A stretch of 64,000 nt of DNA, from the IMG/VR virus record IMGVR_UViG_3300021387_000452; one strand, 5' to 3'. Below are positions 49,030 to 58,581 of this stretch, in pieces (the first letter of the stretch is position 1; every line of letters begins with the position of its first letter). The notes below the pieces were generated by a model. The model did not search any database. It was not told where the DNA came from and saw nothing but the letters and a program-made list of their open reading frames with translations. The position numbers were made by a program, and so were the translations under genes. Source of the DNA: a virus. Its lineage: Duplodnaviria > Caudoviricetes.

Positions 49030-50293
49030 GAGAATTCTCCGAGTGTAAGTAGCTGCCGCATAATGGGCAGATCTTGAATGATGATAGCTCATCATCTATT
49101 TCATTGCATTTATTATTTATAGCTGACAACTCACAATCTGTAGCTAATAGACTTACCATTGACTTGTGAGCTATTATAGCATCATCTATAGAAGTAATAT
49201 CTACCTGATTCAGTCTTGATGTCTCATCAATTAGCTTACATAGTTTATCTCTTAAAATGATCTTATCACTATACTCAACAATGTCACTAATGAAACTATC
49301 TTTGTCAAGCAAAGATTCAGCTCTAACTATGATAGAGTGTAGAACCTCTAAATCACTCACTTTTTTATTACATCTCTTCATCATAGTATTTAACAAAGCT
49401 ACATCATTAAGTTCACTGTATAGTGATTCTGCACATCTATAGCTATTGTCTATAGCTATAGACTTGCTAATAAACTCACTGAGTTTTTTAATGCTATGAA
49501 GATGATCACCGCATTTACAAATCTCAATCAAAGACTCAAGCTTAGATAATGATATTTCTATATTAGACACAATTCGATTAAGATTATCTAACTTAGTCTC
49601 ACATAGTGTAGCTAGTTGTAGCTTATAAAGAAGATCATTTATTTCTGATAAGTTTGAGCTCACATGCTTATATGTGGTGTATTTACTGTATAGATCTTCT
49701 ACTGGTCGAAGCTTACTTTCTTGAACTCTTAGCCCAATTAGACTTTCGTTTAACTGATCACGTACTTTCAATGTCGTGTTTATTTCATTATTATTTGATT
49801 TTACATCAACATTGTAGCAGTCATTGATTTTAGAAATATCGAATTGACTTCTATACGTAAGAACGTTATACAGAGTAGACTGACTTCCAAAGATTAAAAA
49901 CGGTGTTGAAAACTGCATATTAAAATTAAAGTTTATGCTATCACCGTTTATGTCTATGTCACCAAGCTTAAGAATATCATTAGCTGCTGAAAGAGATTGT
50001 CTACCTACTTTTGAGTATTTTTCTCCATTCACTACATAATAGAACTTATCTCCTTTTGACTTTGTGAATCTAGAGTATTCTATTATGTTATCATCGCACG
50101 CAATAGAAACATGCATCGACTCTTTTCCAAATGAGATATCACTATCTGAGAACTCATTTACAGCTATATTGTGTATGCTTCTTAGCAGAGTGGATTTCCC
50201 AGATCCACTTGAACCAACTATTAAATTTATTCCTGGAACAAATTCTACATCACAGCTATCAATAACACCAACATTTTTTAGCTTTACTTTCAT
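49016..50293 (-). CDS. SbcC/Rad50 ATPase, N-terminal half ending at the zinc hook
   Basis: VKLKNVG, PGINLIVGSSGSGKSTLL (Walker A), Q-loop NMQF, ~250-aa coiled coil, terminal CPLCG. Confidence 0.88.
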   Translation of the reverse strand: MKVKLKNVGVIDSCDVEFVPGINLIVGSSGSGKSTLLRSIHNIAVNEFSDSDISFGKESMHVSIACDDNIIEYSRFTKSKGDKFYYVVNGEKYSKVGRQSLSAANDILKLGDIDINGDSINFNFNMQFSTPFLIFGSQSTLYNVLTYRSQFDISKINDCYNVDVKSNNNEINTTLKVRDQLNESLIGLRVQESKLRPVEDLYSKYTTYKHVSSNLSEINDLLYKLQLATLCETKLDNLNRIVSNIEISLSKLESLIEICKCGDHLHSIKKLSEFISKSIAIDNSYRCAESLYSELNDVALLNTMMKRCNKKVSDLEVLHSIIVRAESLLDKDSFISDIVEYSDKIILRDKLCKLIDETSRLNQVDITSIDDAIIAHKSMVSLLATDCELSAINNKCNEIDDELSSFKICPLCGSYLHSENSHADT

Positions 50294-50595
50294 GTCTCAC
50301 TCAATAAAATCTTAATATCTGAAGCGATACTTTTTCGTAGCTCATCAAGTGCAAGAATTCTTTCGTATAAGTTAGATAGAAGTGGTTGATGATTTCCATT
50401 ATTGTAATGCCAAATCAGCTTGTTGTACTTCTCATTAAGACTAATAGTCATATTTGGAGTATCTTCTTTGATAAAGCTAATGTAGTCATCAAGTGAATGT
50501 GTCTTTGCATATGAATCAGCAAACGACTTGTACTTGTTATAGTTCTCAATAGCAATCTTAAGTCGCTTACTCTTTTTACTTAATTTGTCTTCCAT
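50290..50595 (-). CDS. hypothetical protein
   Basis: 101-aa ORF coupled to the SbcC N-half gene (ATGA overlap). Confidence 0.6.
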   Translation of the reverse strand: MEDKLSKKSKRLKIAIENYNKYKSFADSYAKTHSLDDYISFIKEDTPNMTISLNEKYNKLIWHYNNGNHQPLLSNLYERILALDELRKSIASDIKILLSET

Positions 50596-50604
50596 CTTTG
50601 ATCT

Positions 50605-50928
50605 CTACTTTGAATATGGGTTGTCAAATGTTACTAAATATAGTACGTAATTATATGCCTTCTGTATCTTTGTAGCGATGTTCTTGTACTTTTTAACAGT
50701 GCTAAGACTAGGAACTACATTAGCAAATTCATAATTGTTGTTTATAGATGAAACATAGTCCTGTAGAACCATACTATAGAAGTTTGTTATTTCAGAATTC
50801 GCCTTTTCTAGCTTTTGAAGTAAAGCACGAAGCTCTTTTTGATCTGATATATTTGCTAATGATATTGACTTTATAAATTCTTCATTATATAGACTAATGT
50901 TATCACATTGTTTAGATGATTTTGCCAT
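50605..50928 (-). CDS. hypothetical protein
   Basis: 107-aa ORF with GGAG RBS. Confidence 0.6.
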   Translation of the reverse strand: MAKSSKQCDNISLYNEEFIKSISLANISDQKELRALLQKLEKANSEITNFYSMVLQDYVSSINNNYEFANVVPSLSTVKKYKNIATKIQKAYNYVLYLVTFDNPYSK

Positions 50929-50949
50929 ACTATCTCCACATAATAAAAT

Positions 50950-50977
50950 AACCTAGCTAGTAAACTCTAGCTAGGTT
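50950..50977 (-). terminator. terminator overlapping a GTGTATATAAAA promoter-like motif
   Basis: AACCTAGCTAG/CTAGCTAGGTT stem. Confidence 0.7.
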
Positions 50978-51003
50978 TTATATACACTATATATGCACGT
51001 AGT

Positions 51004-51696
51004 TTAATGCCACCTTACTGATATCATGTTATTCATGTCGATAAATACTATGCCATATTCCATGCTATATTTATCAGAGCTCTCTTTAAGAACTATGCCG
51101 ACATTGACTGTCTCAGTGTCTTTTCTCTTATAATTAATCATCTTAAAATCTTTTGGCTTAAGGAAGTCAGCGCTTTGCATTTTTGCGGCTAAATCGAATT
51201 TTGAAGATTCAAACTTTGCGTCAAACAAATCATGCCGCTCATATCTAAGCTGCTTCACAGTGTACTCATTAAATAAAGTAAGATAGAATCTATATTCAGA
51301 TACTGTAATATCTTCATTCACGCCATTAAATGCTGGCAACCCAGATACATCTACTAAGCACCCATAGCCATCTATTTTTCTACCAACATCATCTCCAACT
51401 TTAGTCGCACATTTGATTTTTGGCTCTTTGCACTTCTTAAAATTCTTACTAGTAGGTAATATATGAGCAGGCCACCAATCAGCAACATCAGATAGGTCTT
51501 CATTTGTGTAGTAGAACTTACCAGACTCATGCTTAATATGATTTGCATTGACTGCAGTTATATAGAATTTATCAGTACTTGCAAATTGCTTGCTTGAGCC
51601 AAAGCATTCAACGCCCTCAGACATTGGAAATAATGAGTAGACTTTATACTTAGTTGATTTTAATTCATTCTTCTTATCTTCAGATATGACTATCAT
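51004..51696 (-). CDS. hypothetical protein
   Basis: 230-aa ORF with GGTGA RBS. Confidence 0.65.
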   Translation of the reverse strand: MIVISEDKKNELKSTKYKVYSLFPMSEGVECFGSSKQFASTDKFYITAVNANHIKHESGKFYYTNEDLSDVADWWPAHILPTSKNFKKCKEPKIKCATKVGDDVGRKIDGYGCLVDVSGLPAFNGVNEDITVSEYRFYLTLFNEYTVKQLRYERHDLFDAKFESSKFDLAAKMQSADFLKPKDFKMINYKRKDTETVNVGIVLKESSDKYSMEYGIVFIDMNNMISVRWH

Positions 51697-51849
51697 ATAA
51701 TCACCATATAAAAATAAACGCCCATATAAATGAATTATACGGGCGTATCTAGGAGCTTTAGTATGAACTAATTGGCTTAACCCGTATTCTTAAATCAGAA
51801 CCAGGACTAATAAATGCATTTCTACTTCACAGCTGTAATGCATCATCGA

Positions 51850-52104
51850 TCAGCCATTTTTATTGATATAAGAGTCATCTTTAAAAATGATCAAATCTTC
51901 AAAGTCCTGACTAAACTTAAATGACTGTTGAGCATAAAACTTCCATGTAATTGGGTAGCTTTCTATTTTACGTAGAATATCATCTATACATAATGAATCA
52001 TCTACAGAAGAATTCTTTGAACATATGCTTGATACTATAGAAGTATAAACTGAGTATAATTCGCATAAAACACTATAATTATGCTCAACAGTTGAATCAT
52101 ACAT
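51850..52104 (-). CDS. hypothetical protein
   Basis: 84-aa ORF with TAATG stop/start overlap. Confidence 0.55.
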   Translation of the reverse strand: MYDSTVEHNYSVLCELYSVYTSIVSSICSKNSSVDDSLCIDDILRKIESYPITWKFYAQQSFKFSQDFEDLIIFKDDSYINKNG

Positions 52105-52727
52105 TAGTCAACAAACCTTACACCTGAAACCTGTGTTTGCTTTATACCATTGAACTCTGACAATTTCTGAATTGTGCACTCTACGTGAGTATGCTTCTTA
52201 AACTCTTTATCCAAATTTTCATTAGCAAACATTGAAATAGAGTTACCAGCTGTATCGTGCAGCTTATATAAGTACCACTTTGAATTTGATCCCTTGAATT
52301 TTGATGTCCCAGACTTAATCATCTTAAAATCTTTTACATCAAAGCTAACGCTGTCACCTTCTTCGCCAAGATACTCAGATTGCTTTTCTATTTCATTTAG
52401 TACTTTATATGACTGGTAACGGTCAAATGAAGCGAATGAGCTTGCAATAAGACCGATCTTTGCTTCATCTACTTTTGGCTGTGCTATAGATGATTTGATA
52501 TCTTCAAAGTAATCGCCAGACTGAGATGAAATATACTCAAGCCACTTTGTAACTCTATCTTTTACAGAATCTAAATCTTCTTGCGAAAGAGTTCTCATTG
52601 ATACAGAGTCAAAGACTTTGTTTGCTGTGCAATTATCTTCATCGTCTGCACGTTTTACATAGCCATTCATTGAAGTTTCATATGCAGAATGACTAATCAC
52701 TTCTTGAGTGTTTAACTTAATACCCAT
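52104..52727 (-). CDS. phage protein with C-terminal OB-fold-like domain
   Basis: SEYLGEEGD...LYKLHDTAGNSI...ECTIQKLSEFNGIKQTQV pattern. Confidence 0.6.
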   Translation of the reverse strand: MGIKLNTQEVISHSAYETSMNGYVKRADDEDNCTANKVFDSVSMRTLSQEDLDSVKDRVTKWLEYISSQSGDYFEDIKSSIAQPKVDEAKIGLIASSFASFDRYQSYKVLNEIEKQSEYLGEEGDSVSFDVKDFKMIKSGTSKFKGSNSKWYLYKLHDTAGNSISMFANENLDKEFKKHTHVECTIQKLSEFNGIKQTQVSGVRFVD

Positions 52728-52764
52728 GCCTATACTAAACTCCTATATAAAATAGATATCTTAC

Positions 52765-53451
52765 TTAAAATTCATCTTTACAACTTAGTAAAGATGATAA
52801 AGAACTGGTCTTCTGTGACGACGATGATTTTATAACTCGTTTTTCTGTAGACTGAGATGCTTTAATAGATGGAAAGAACACTATCTCTTCAGGAGATATA
52901 CATAATGGTGAGCTTTCAACAGTATATGGCTTTCCATTAGATGTGTCAATAAATGTCGAATTTGACTTTCTTACATACACATTATTCTTATAGTATCTTT
53001 TGTTACACTCAAATACTATAAATATTACCTTACACTCATCTGACGCTGCGCACATGCTAATAAATGAATTCACGTAGTCATTCATATTTGCAGAGTTATC
53101 CAGCCCCATGAATCTAATGACTACACTTTGACTAATAAGACCTTGCGGGTGAATTATCTTATCATCATGGACTCTCATTGCATGCCAAGACTGATAAATC
53201 TGCGACTCATTAAGTACTGTTGGCGCAACAAGTTTATTATACAGCAAATAAGTGAGAGGATAGGCATTCCAATTAGAAGAATCTATGTTTCCAATTGCAA
53301 CAACCTTATTGCTATTTGGTTTAAGAGATATGATAATGTCATACTCTTCTTTAGAAAGCTTATGAACACTACTAGAAAGTAGATCTCTATATAATAAAGC
53401 GATTCTGTTTATGTTGTTCATACTATCTTCACATAAAATAAAATCCAGCAA
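52765..53451 (-). CDS. hypothetical protein (possible degenerate P-loop/AAA+ fold)
   Basis: 228-aa ORF; alternating strand/helix layout but no intact Walker motifs. Confidence 0.55.
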   Translation of the reverse strand: MLDFILCEDSMNNINRIALLYRDLLSSSVHKLSKEEYDIIISLKPNSNKVVAIGNIDSSNWNAYPLTYLLYNKLVAPTVLNESQIYQSWHAMRVHDDKIIHPQGLISQSVVIRFMGLDNSANMNDYVNSFISMCAASDECKVIFIVFECNKRYYKNNVYVRKSNSTFIDTSNGKPYTVESSPLCISPEEIVFFPSIKASQSTEKRVIKSSSSQKTSSLSSLLSCKDEF

Positions 53452-53470
53452 TTAAGAACTAACTACTGGA

Positions 53471-53482
53471 TTTTATATACAC
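53471..53482 (-). promoter_or_regulatory. TGTATAWWA putative early/middle promoter motif, representative copy
   Basis: Similar motif near 33986, 35542, 39421, 42265, 45285, 47963, 48806, 50980, 51735, 58570. Confidence 0.5.
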
Positions 53483-53491
53483 TATCTGATA

Positions 53492-54766
53492 TTACTTTTT
53501 AATGATCTTTGCTAGAGCCTGCGAAGCAGCAGCATCGACTTCATCAACATAATCTACAATCATATCTTCTTTAGCTGCTGAAACGCTACCAATAATTTTC
53601 TTAACTGATTTTGTATCACCATTATTAATACAGGCAATAACTAGATCACCTAGCTGACTTGATGATATTGCCTTTAGGCCGGCTATAGCTATAGCAATCT
53701 TTGACATCAATGAAGATGGCATATCATCAAGAGATTTCATTCTATTAAGAAGCCCCTTGCTACCAGTGAGTATGTCTAATGGTAATGTTCCGCCTATCTC
53801 ATCGAGTAGATAGTTAGCTAAGTCATAGCAGTGTCTAATTACTGCACCTCTGAAGTACAATGGAATTATTGGTAATTCACACCATTCTTTTAAGAAGTCA
53901 ATAACATTCATGCATTTGACTTGATTATCTGGAGTGCAAGATACAACAGCATTTGGAATAAGACCATAAGTATTATTAGCGCCAGTAAGTGTTCTTGCTA
54001 CATTTTTAAGTCTCTCAAGAGCAGCTTTGATGTCATCTCTATCAACGTAACCAAGCTTCTTTTCTTTAGCAGTGAGTACTATTTTCATATCACCGCACAA
54101 GACTCTTAAGCATTGAAGATTAAGATTTGTAGCATGAACTAGCATTGCGTCGCGAATCTTATTTTTATCTTTAATATCTGGAGCATATCGTTTAATTATT
54201 GACTTGACTGTGTTAGGATCATCACTAGCTAGAGCAGCGTAAACATCTTCAATTGAAGCTGCTACGTTAGAAGTATCTACATCATCATCATAATCTAGTG
54301 AACCGATCGCTCCAACATTAGACTTATCGCTTGAGTTTGCTGCGCCTTTATCGTCAAAGTCCAATTCTCTAGTTCTATCATCTTCTGGGTGATCTTTTTC
54401 TTTAGCACCTTTTGGATCTAGATCTAAACCAGCAGTTCTAGCATCTCCTTTATCTGACTTACTACTTTTACTTTTAACAGGCTCATCAAAGTCAAGAAGT
54501 CTAAGTCTACCATCGCCGCCAACTTCTACATCTTTAGCGCCAGTCTTAATTGCGATATCATCAAATAAATCTAAATCACGAACTGCACTATCGATCTCTC
54601 CATCAGCTGGAGCAGTAACGTCAGCAGTAATATCGTCTAGATCAAGATCACTAAATCTGTCTTCAAACTTAATTCTGCGATGTCTAGATTCAAACTTTTC
54701 TTTCTTTACAAGAAAGTCTATATATCGCTCAAAAGTTTCATTAGTAACAACTCTTAATTTACGCAT
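53492..54766 (-). CDS. acidic protein with degenerate ankyrin-like C-terminal repeats
   Basis: VYAALASDDPNTVKSII, MLVHATNLNLQCLRVL, FRGAVIRHCYDLANYLL, LVIACINNGDTKSVKKII. Confidence 0.6.
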   Translation of the reverse strand: MRKLRVVTNETFERYIDFLVKKEKFESRHRRIKFEDRFSDLDLDDITADVTAPADGEIDSAVRDLDLFDDIAIKTGAKDVEVGGDGRLRLLDFDEPVKSKSSKSDKGDARTAGLDLDPKGAKEKDHPEDDRTRELDFDDKGAANSSDKSNVGAIGSLDYDDDVDTSNVAASIEDVYAALASDDPNTVKSIIKRYAPDIKDKNKIRDAMLVHATNLNLQCLRVLCGDMKIVLTAKEKKLGYVDRDDIKAALERLKNVARTLTGANNTYGLIPNAVVSCTPDNQVKCMNVIDFLKEWCELPIIPLYFRGAVIRHCYDLANYLLDEIGGTLPLDILTGSKGLLNRMKSLDDMPSSLMSKIAIAIAGLKAISSSQLGDLVIACINNGDTKSVKKIIGSVSAAKEDMIVDYVDEVDAAASQALAKIIKK

Positions 54767-54780
54767 ATTGTCTTACTCCA

Positions 54781-56646
54781 TTATAAGTCATATTTCTTTT
54801 TATTTTCTGGAAGTGCAGCCCATTGATCATATTGTCTCTTCAGTTGTCTTGCTGTAACAGAGTGTTCATTAGCCGGATCATTCAGCGCATCTTGAATTTT
54901 ATCATTATCTAAGATTGCTGGATTTTCATTTATGGCCTGTCTAACACTAGTAGACATAGTATCATTTGCTATATGATGTACTATTGATCTCACTAGTTTA
55001 GCATCATTTGACTGCTGAGTATTATCAGTTATTATATCGTTTGATCTTAATACAGATCTGCATACGTCTGACATATATAATTCTTTAGCTAAATCTTCAC
55101 CAATACCAGCATCAACCATTGCATCAATGAAACGATAATTTGTAGACTGAGCTATAGTATAAATATCATATCTTCTTATTAAATTAGTATATGGTCTAAG
55201 TTTTCTACACACTAGTCTAACTAGTAAATCACTAGGGTTATAATTCCTAGCTTCTCTGCAGAATGTGCTTATAACGTCTGATACATCTTCTGATTCTGGT
55301 GCTTTAAACTTTAGCTTAGTAAGACATTGTACAAGCGCTGATGAATTGCCTCCAAAATAACGCTCTGTATAAATAACTGATTGTAGCATTATCCACTGAT
55401 CTTTTGCATTAAATGCATCAAATGAGCTCTGTGTTAGTATATCACTTAGTATAGAAGGTGACTTATTATACTCGTTGCAAATAGCAACTACAGCTTTACA
55501 GAGCCCAGCCAAATTAAAAGCAGTTATAGATCCATTACTTACTTTCTCTGCTAAGTCATATATCTTATCAGCTATCTGTTTATTATTACTAATTTTTTTA
55601 ACATAGTAACTGCTATCATCAAACAAAATTGCAACACCATTTCTTTCTAGAGCATCTGCAGTCAGTGACCAGTATGTACTATCTAAATCTGGATGTAAGC
55701 GACGAGCAGCACTTTCTTTTCCAAGCGCTTTAACAGTAACATCTACTAGATGATTTACATATGAAGTAGCATTGTCTAGCTTATTATAGCCAAAGCCTAG
55801 TAAGCTAGTTAAATTACCGCTATATAGATCGCTGCGCTTATTAAGCTCTTTAATATAATCTTCTGTGATCATATTATTTACTTCATTTGTGCTAAATAAA
55901 CCGCTTTCTATAATGCTAAACATTAATGCGCGATCATCTTTTCCTCTGACTGCAAGATTAGCGCCTGCGTTAGCTAGCGCAATAACACCGTCTTTATTTC
56001 CATACATAACTGTGCAAACGACAGCTGGTCTTACCGGGCACTTTTCGTTTGGATTAGCGCCGTTGTCTAGAAGAAGCTTAATAACTGCTCCAGTGTCACC
56101 TTTTCTAGCAATGCATGCTACCATTAAAGGTGTTCTACCTTTGTCGTCTTTAGTATTTACATCGACTCCTTCATCAAGAGCAGCTTTAACTTCTTCTGGC
56201 TTCTTTGAAAAGATGTTAGCTTTTACTCTTCTTGCTCTAGTGGCTCTCGTTGGTGCTGATGGCTCTTCAGCTGTATCGTCACTATCTAATGAACTAATAT
56301 CTGGAGCATTTCTTAAATCGTTCATAAGCTCTTGCTGAGCCGTACGTGGAATAACGCCGACATCGTCCCACGCGTAATCAGCATTTGCTGAAACATTGTT
56401 ACCATTTTTATTTAATAGTCCATTGTCAGCAAAAAAGTTTATATACTTAGTGATATCTTTAGGGAGCTCAGACTTTAGCTGATCTACAGTCTTATCACCA
56501 TTATCAATTAAGTGCTTCCATATAATATATGCTTTAGATGGCTCATTTCCTCTACCCATTGTTCTCTCAACGTAGAGTCTTTCAAGCTTAGCAACTTTAC
56601 GGTCTAGCTTATATTTATCTACAAGTTTCATATCTATCAACCTCAC
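54781..56646 (-). CDS. winged-helix-like + ankyrin-repeat protein (paralog A)
   Basis: GVDVNTKDDKGRTPLMVAC...VIKLLLDNGANPN ankyrin repeats; N-terminal ~100 aa highly similar to 56653-58530; likely start MKLVDK (56631). Confidence 0.85.
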   Translation of the reverse strand: MRLIDMKLVDKYKLDRKVAKLERLYVERTMGRGNEPSKAYIIWKHLIDNGDKTVDQLKSELPKDITKYINFFADNGLLNKNGNNVSANADYAWDDVGVIPRTAQQELMNDLRNAPDISSLDSDDTAEEPSAPTRATRARRVKANIFSKKPEEVKAALDEGVDVNTKDDKGRTPLMVACIARKGDTGAVIKLLLDNGANPNEKCPVRPAVVCTVMYGNKDGVIALANAGANLAVRGKDDRALMFSIIESGLFSTNEVNNMITEDYIKELNKRSDLYSGNLTSLLGFGYNKLDNATSYVNHLVDVTVKALGKESAARRLHPDLDSTYWSLTADALERNGVAILFDDSSYYVKKISNNKQIADKIYDLAEKVSNGSITAFNLAGLCKAVVAICNEYNKSPSILSDILTQSSFDAFNAKDQWIMLQSVIYTERYFGGNSSALVQCLTKLKFKAPESEDVSDVISTFCREARNYNPSDLLVRLVCRKLRPYTNLIRRYDIYTIAQSTNYRFIDAMVDAGIGEDLAKELYMSDVCRSVLRSNDIITDNTQQSNDAKLVRSIVHHIANDTMSTSVRQAINENPAILDNDKIQDALNDPANEHSVTARQLKRQYDQWAALPENKKKYDL

Positions 56647-56652
56647 TATTAA

Positions 56653-58530
56653 TTAAAGATCATATATATCTTGATCTTTAGGCACACGCTCTGCTCTTCT
56701 TCTAAGCTGTCTTGAAGTAGTTGTATCATTATCTTCAATAGCTTTAGCAATGCTGCTATCTAACAAGATTTCAGGATGATTAGTTACAAATGCTTCAAGT
56801 TCTCTACTCCACTCATCATTTTCAATAGCGTCAACGATTTTATTAATCGCAATTTTACTATTTCGTCTATTCTCTGCGCCGGCTACAATATTTCTTCTAG
56901 AATCGCTGTCATCTGGTACTTCAAACCCATTCTCTTTAAGAACTTTTATCACAGCAAATTCATTATCTGTGTGACGATTATCTATGCACCATGCTAATAA
57001 ATCTTCACCATAACCCATGTCAATTACGTAATTTATTAAATATTCATTTTCACATTCAGCAACATCAGAAATTGTAAATCTATTAAGTTGAGTATTTCTA
57101 TCGATAAGTCTTGTAGCCAGTCTTGTTATTTCTTCATTTGCAGATTGCAAGTAACGATTGTCACACACTGTATTTGCACCGATCTTAACTTTAGCAGCTA
57201 CTAACTTTGACAACGTGTTTACATCATTGCTCTCAACAGCATCACGAAATAGTGATCTTATATCGCTATCTGATAAGTTAGATAGAAATGCTTGGCTAAG
57301 CAAGTTGCTCATAAAAGATTGATCATTTGCTCTTTTACAAAGAATTCTGCATGTTTCGATAAAATCTAAAGCTCCCCACTGTATTGAAAGCTTACCATCG
57401 ACAACCTTACCGCATAGATCAAGTAATTGACGAGCAATGCTGGGTGATATGTCATTATTACTAACTGCCCAATTCAAGCGCGCTAATATCTTTTCTTTAT
57501 CAGCAATCTTTTTAATAGTGTTTAGAATTTCGTGACTGACTTCATACTCTATAACATCGAATGAGTATCCGCCAAATTTACAGCTATCTAGTATGTTGTT
57601 TATGATCTGCTCATATTGCTCTTTTGAGATTATTTTACGTGCATATGCAGTATAATAAAATCTATGTACTCCTTGATTAAACTCATATCTTTCTTTTGAC
57701 GCTGCTAATAATATGATATCTTTATTATTTGGCACATCTTTATAATACCACTTAATATCTGAGCTTGGGTTATTAATGACGTTCTGTGTATCATTAGCAA
57801 GAATGACTTTCATTGCGTCAATGTTATCGTTTTTACATGCAAGATCAAATGCATTAAAACCTTTAAATACAGAATTCAAATTTGCACCATGAGTTAAAAG
57901 ATACTCAATGATATCAGAATTATTTCCAGCTTTGGAATTTGCAGCAAATAATAACGGAGTCTGGCTTTTATCATTAGTTTGATTTACATCTTGACCAGCA
58001 TCAACCGCGGCCTTAACTTCATCAAACTTTCTAGAAAATAAATTTTGCTTTACTGCTCTCTGGCGTGGAGCTCTTGCTGATCTAGTAGGCTGTTCTTCTG
58101 GTATATCTGTAGCATCTGGAATTCCACCATCTCTAAGAGAATTTATCATCTCTTGTTGAGCAGTTCTTGGAATTACTCCAACATCATCCCATTTATAGTC
58201 AGCATTAGCTGATATCATATCTCCATCTTTAATCAAGAGATTATTATCAGCATAGAAGTTAATAAAGTTTGTAATGTCTTTTGGTAAAGCTGACTTCAAA
58301 TCTGAGACTGACTTTGGGCCGTTATTCATTAGATAGTCCCAAATCTGATATGCCTTTGAAGGCCCACCACCTCTACCAACTGATCTTTCTGTAACTAGTC
58401 TTTCTAGCTTAGCTATCTTCTTCTCTAATTTATACCGATGTAACAAATTGCTTTTCATAATTGAACACCCTCTTGCTGCAGTGACTATACTACATAATCT
58501 AACTACACTATTTGATATTTCTTCACACAA
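56653..58530 (-). CDS. winged-helix-like + ankyrin-repeat protein (paralog B)
   Basis: GQDVNQTNDKSQTPLLFAA...IIEYLLTHGANLN, GFNAFDLACKND; likely start MKSNLL (58458). Confidence 0.85.
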   Translation of the reverse strand: MCEEISNSVVRLCSIVTAARGCSIMKSNLLHRYKLEKKIAKLERLVTERSVGRGGGPSKAYQIWDYLMNNGPKSVSDLKSALPKDITNFINFYADNNLLIKDGDMISANADYKWDDVGVIPRTAQQEMINSLRDGGIPDATDIPEEQPTRSARAPRQRAVKQNLFSRKFDEVKAAVDAGQDVNQTNDKSQTPLLFAANSKAGNNSDIIEYLLTHGANLNSVFKGFNAFDLACKNDNIDAMKVILANDTQNVINNPSSDIKWYYKDVPNNKDIILLAASKERYEFNQGVHRFYYTAYARKIISKEQYEQIINNILDSCKFGGYSFDVIEYEVSHEILNTIKKIADKEKILARLNWAVSNNDISPSIARQLLDLCGKVVDGKLSIQWGALDFIETCRILCKRANDQSFMSNLLSQAFLSNLSDSDIRSLFRDAVESNDVNTLSKLVAAKVKIGANTVCDNRYLQSANEEITRLATRLIDRNTQLNRFTISDVAECENEYLINYVIDMGYGEDLLAWCIDNRHTDNEFAVIKVLKENGFEVPDDSDSRRNIVAGAENRRNSKIAINKIVDAIENDEWSRELEAFVTNHPEILLDSSIAKAIEDNDTTTSRQLRRRAERVPKDQDIYDL

Positions 58531-58533
58531 AAG

Positions 58534-58565
58534 AACTCGCTAGATAAATATTTATCTAGCGAGTT
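58534..58565 (-). terminator. terminator-like 32-bp perfect palindrome after terminase
   Basis: AACTCGCTAGATAAAT|ATTTATCTAGCGAGTT. Confidence 0.7.
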
Positions 58566-58581
58566 ATATTTATACATGAAG

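Noticed and set aside
48829-49095. Frameshift extension of the SbcC N-half into the overlapping ORF
   Set aside because: The overlapping ORF has its own well-spaced GGAG-ATG (49029) and there is no clear slippery site.
51700-51850. Possible small structured RNA or riboswitch in the intergenic gap
   Set aside because: Only an ATGCATT/AATGCAT stem and a terminator-like hairpin (~51718-51746) are evident; no recognisable aptamer.
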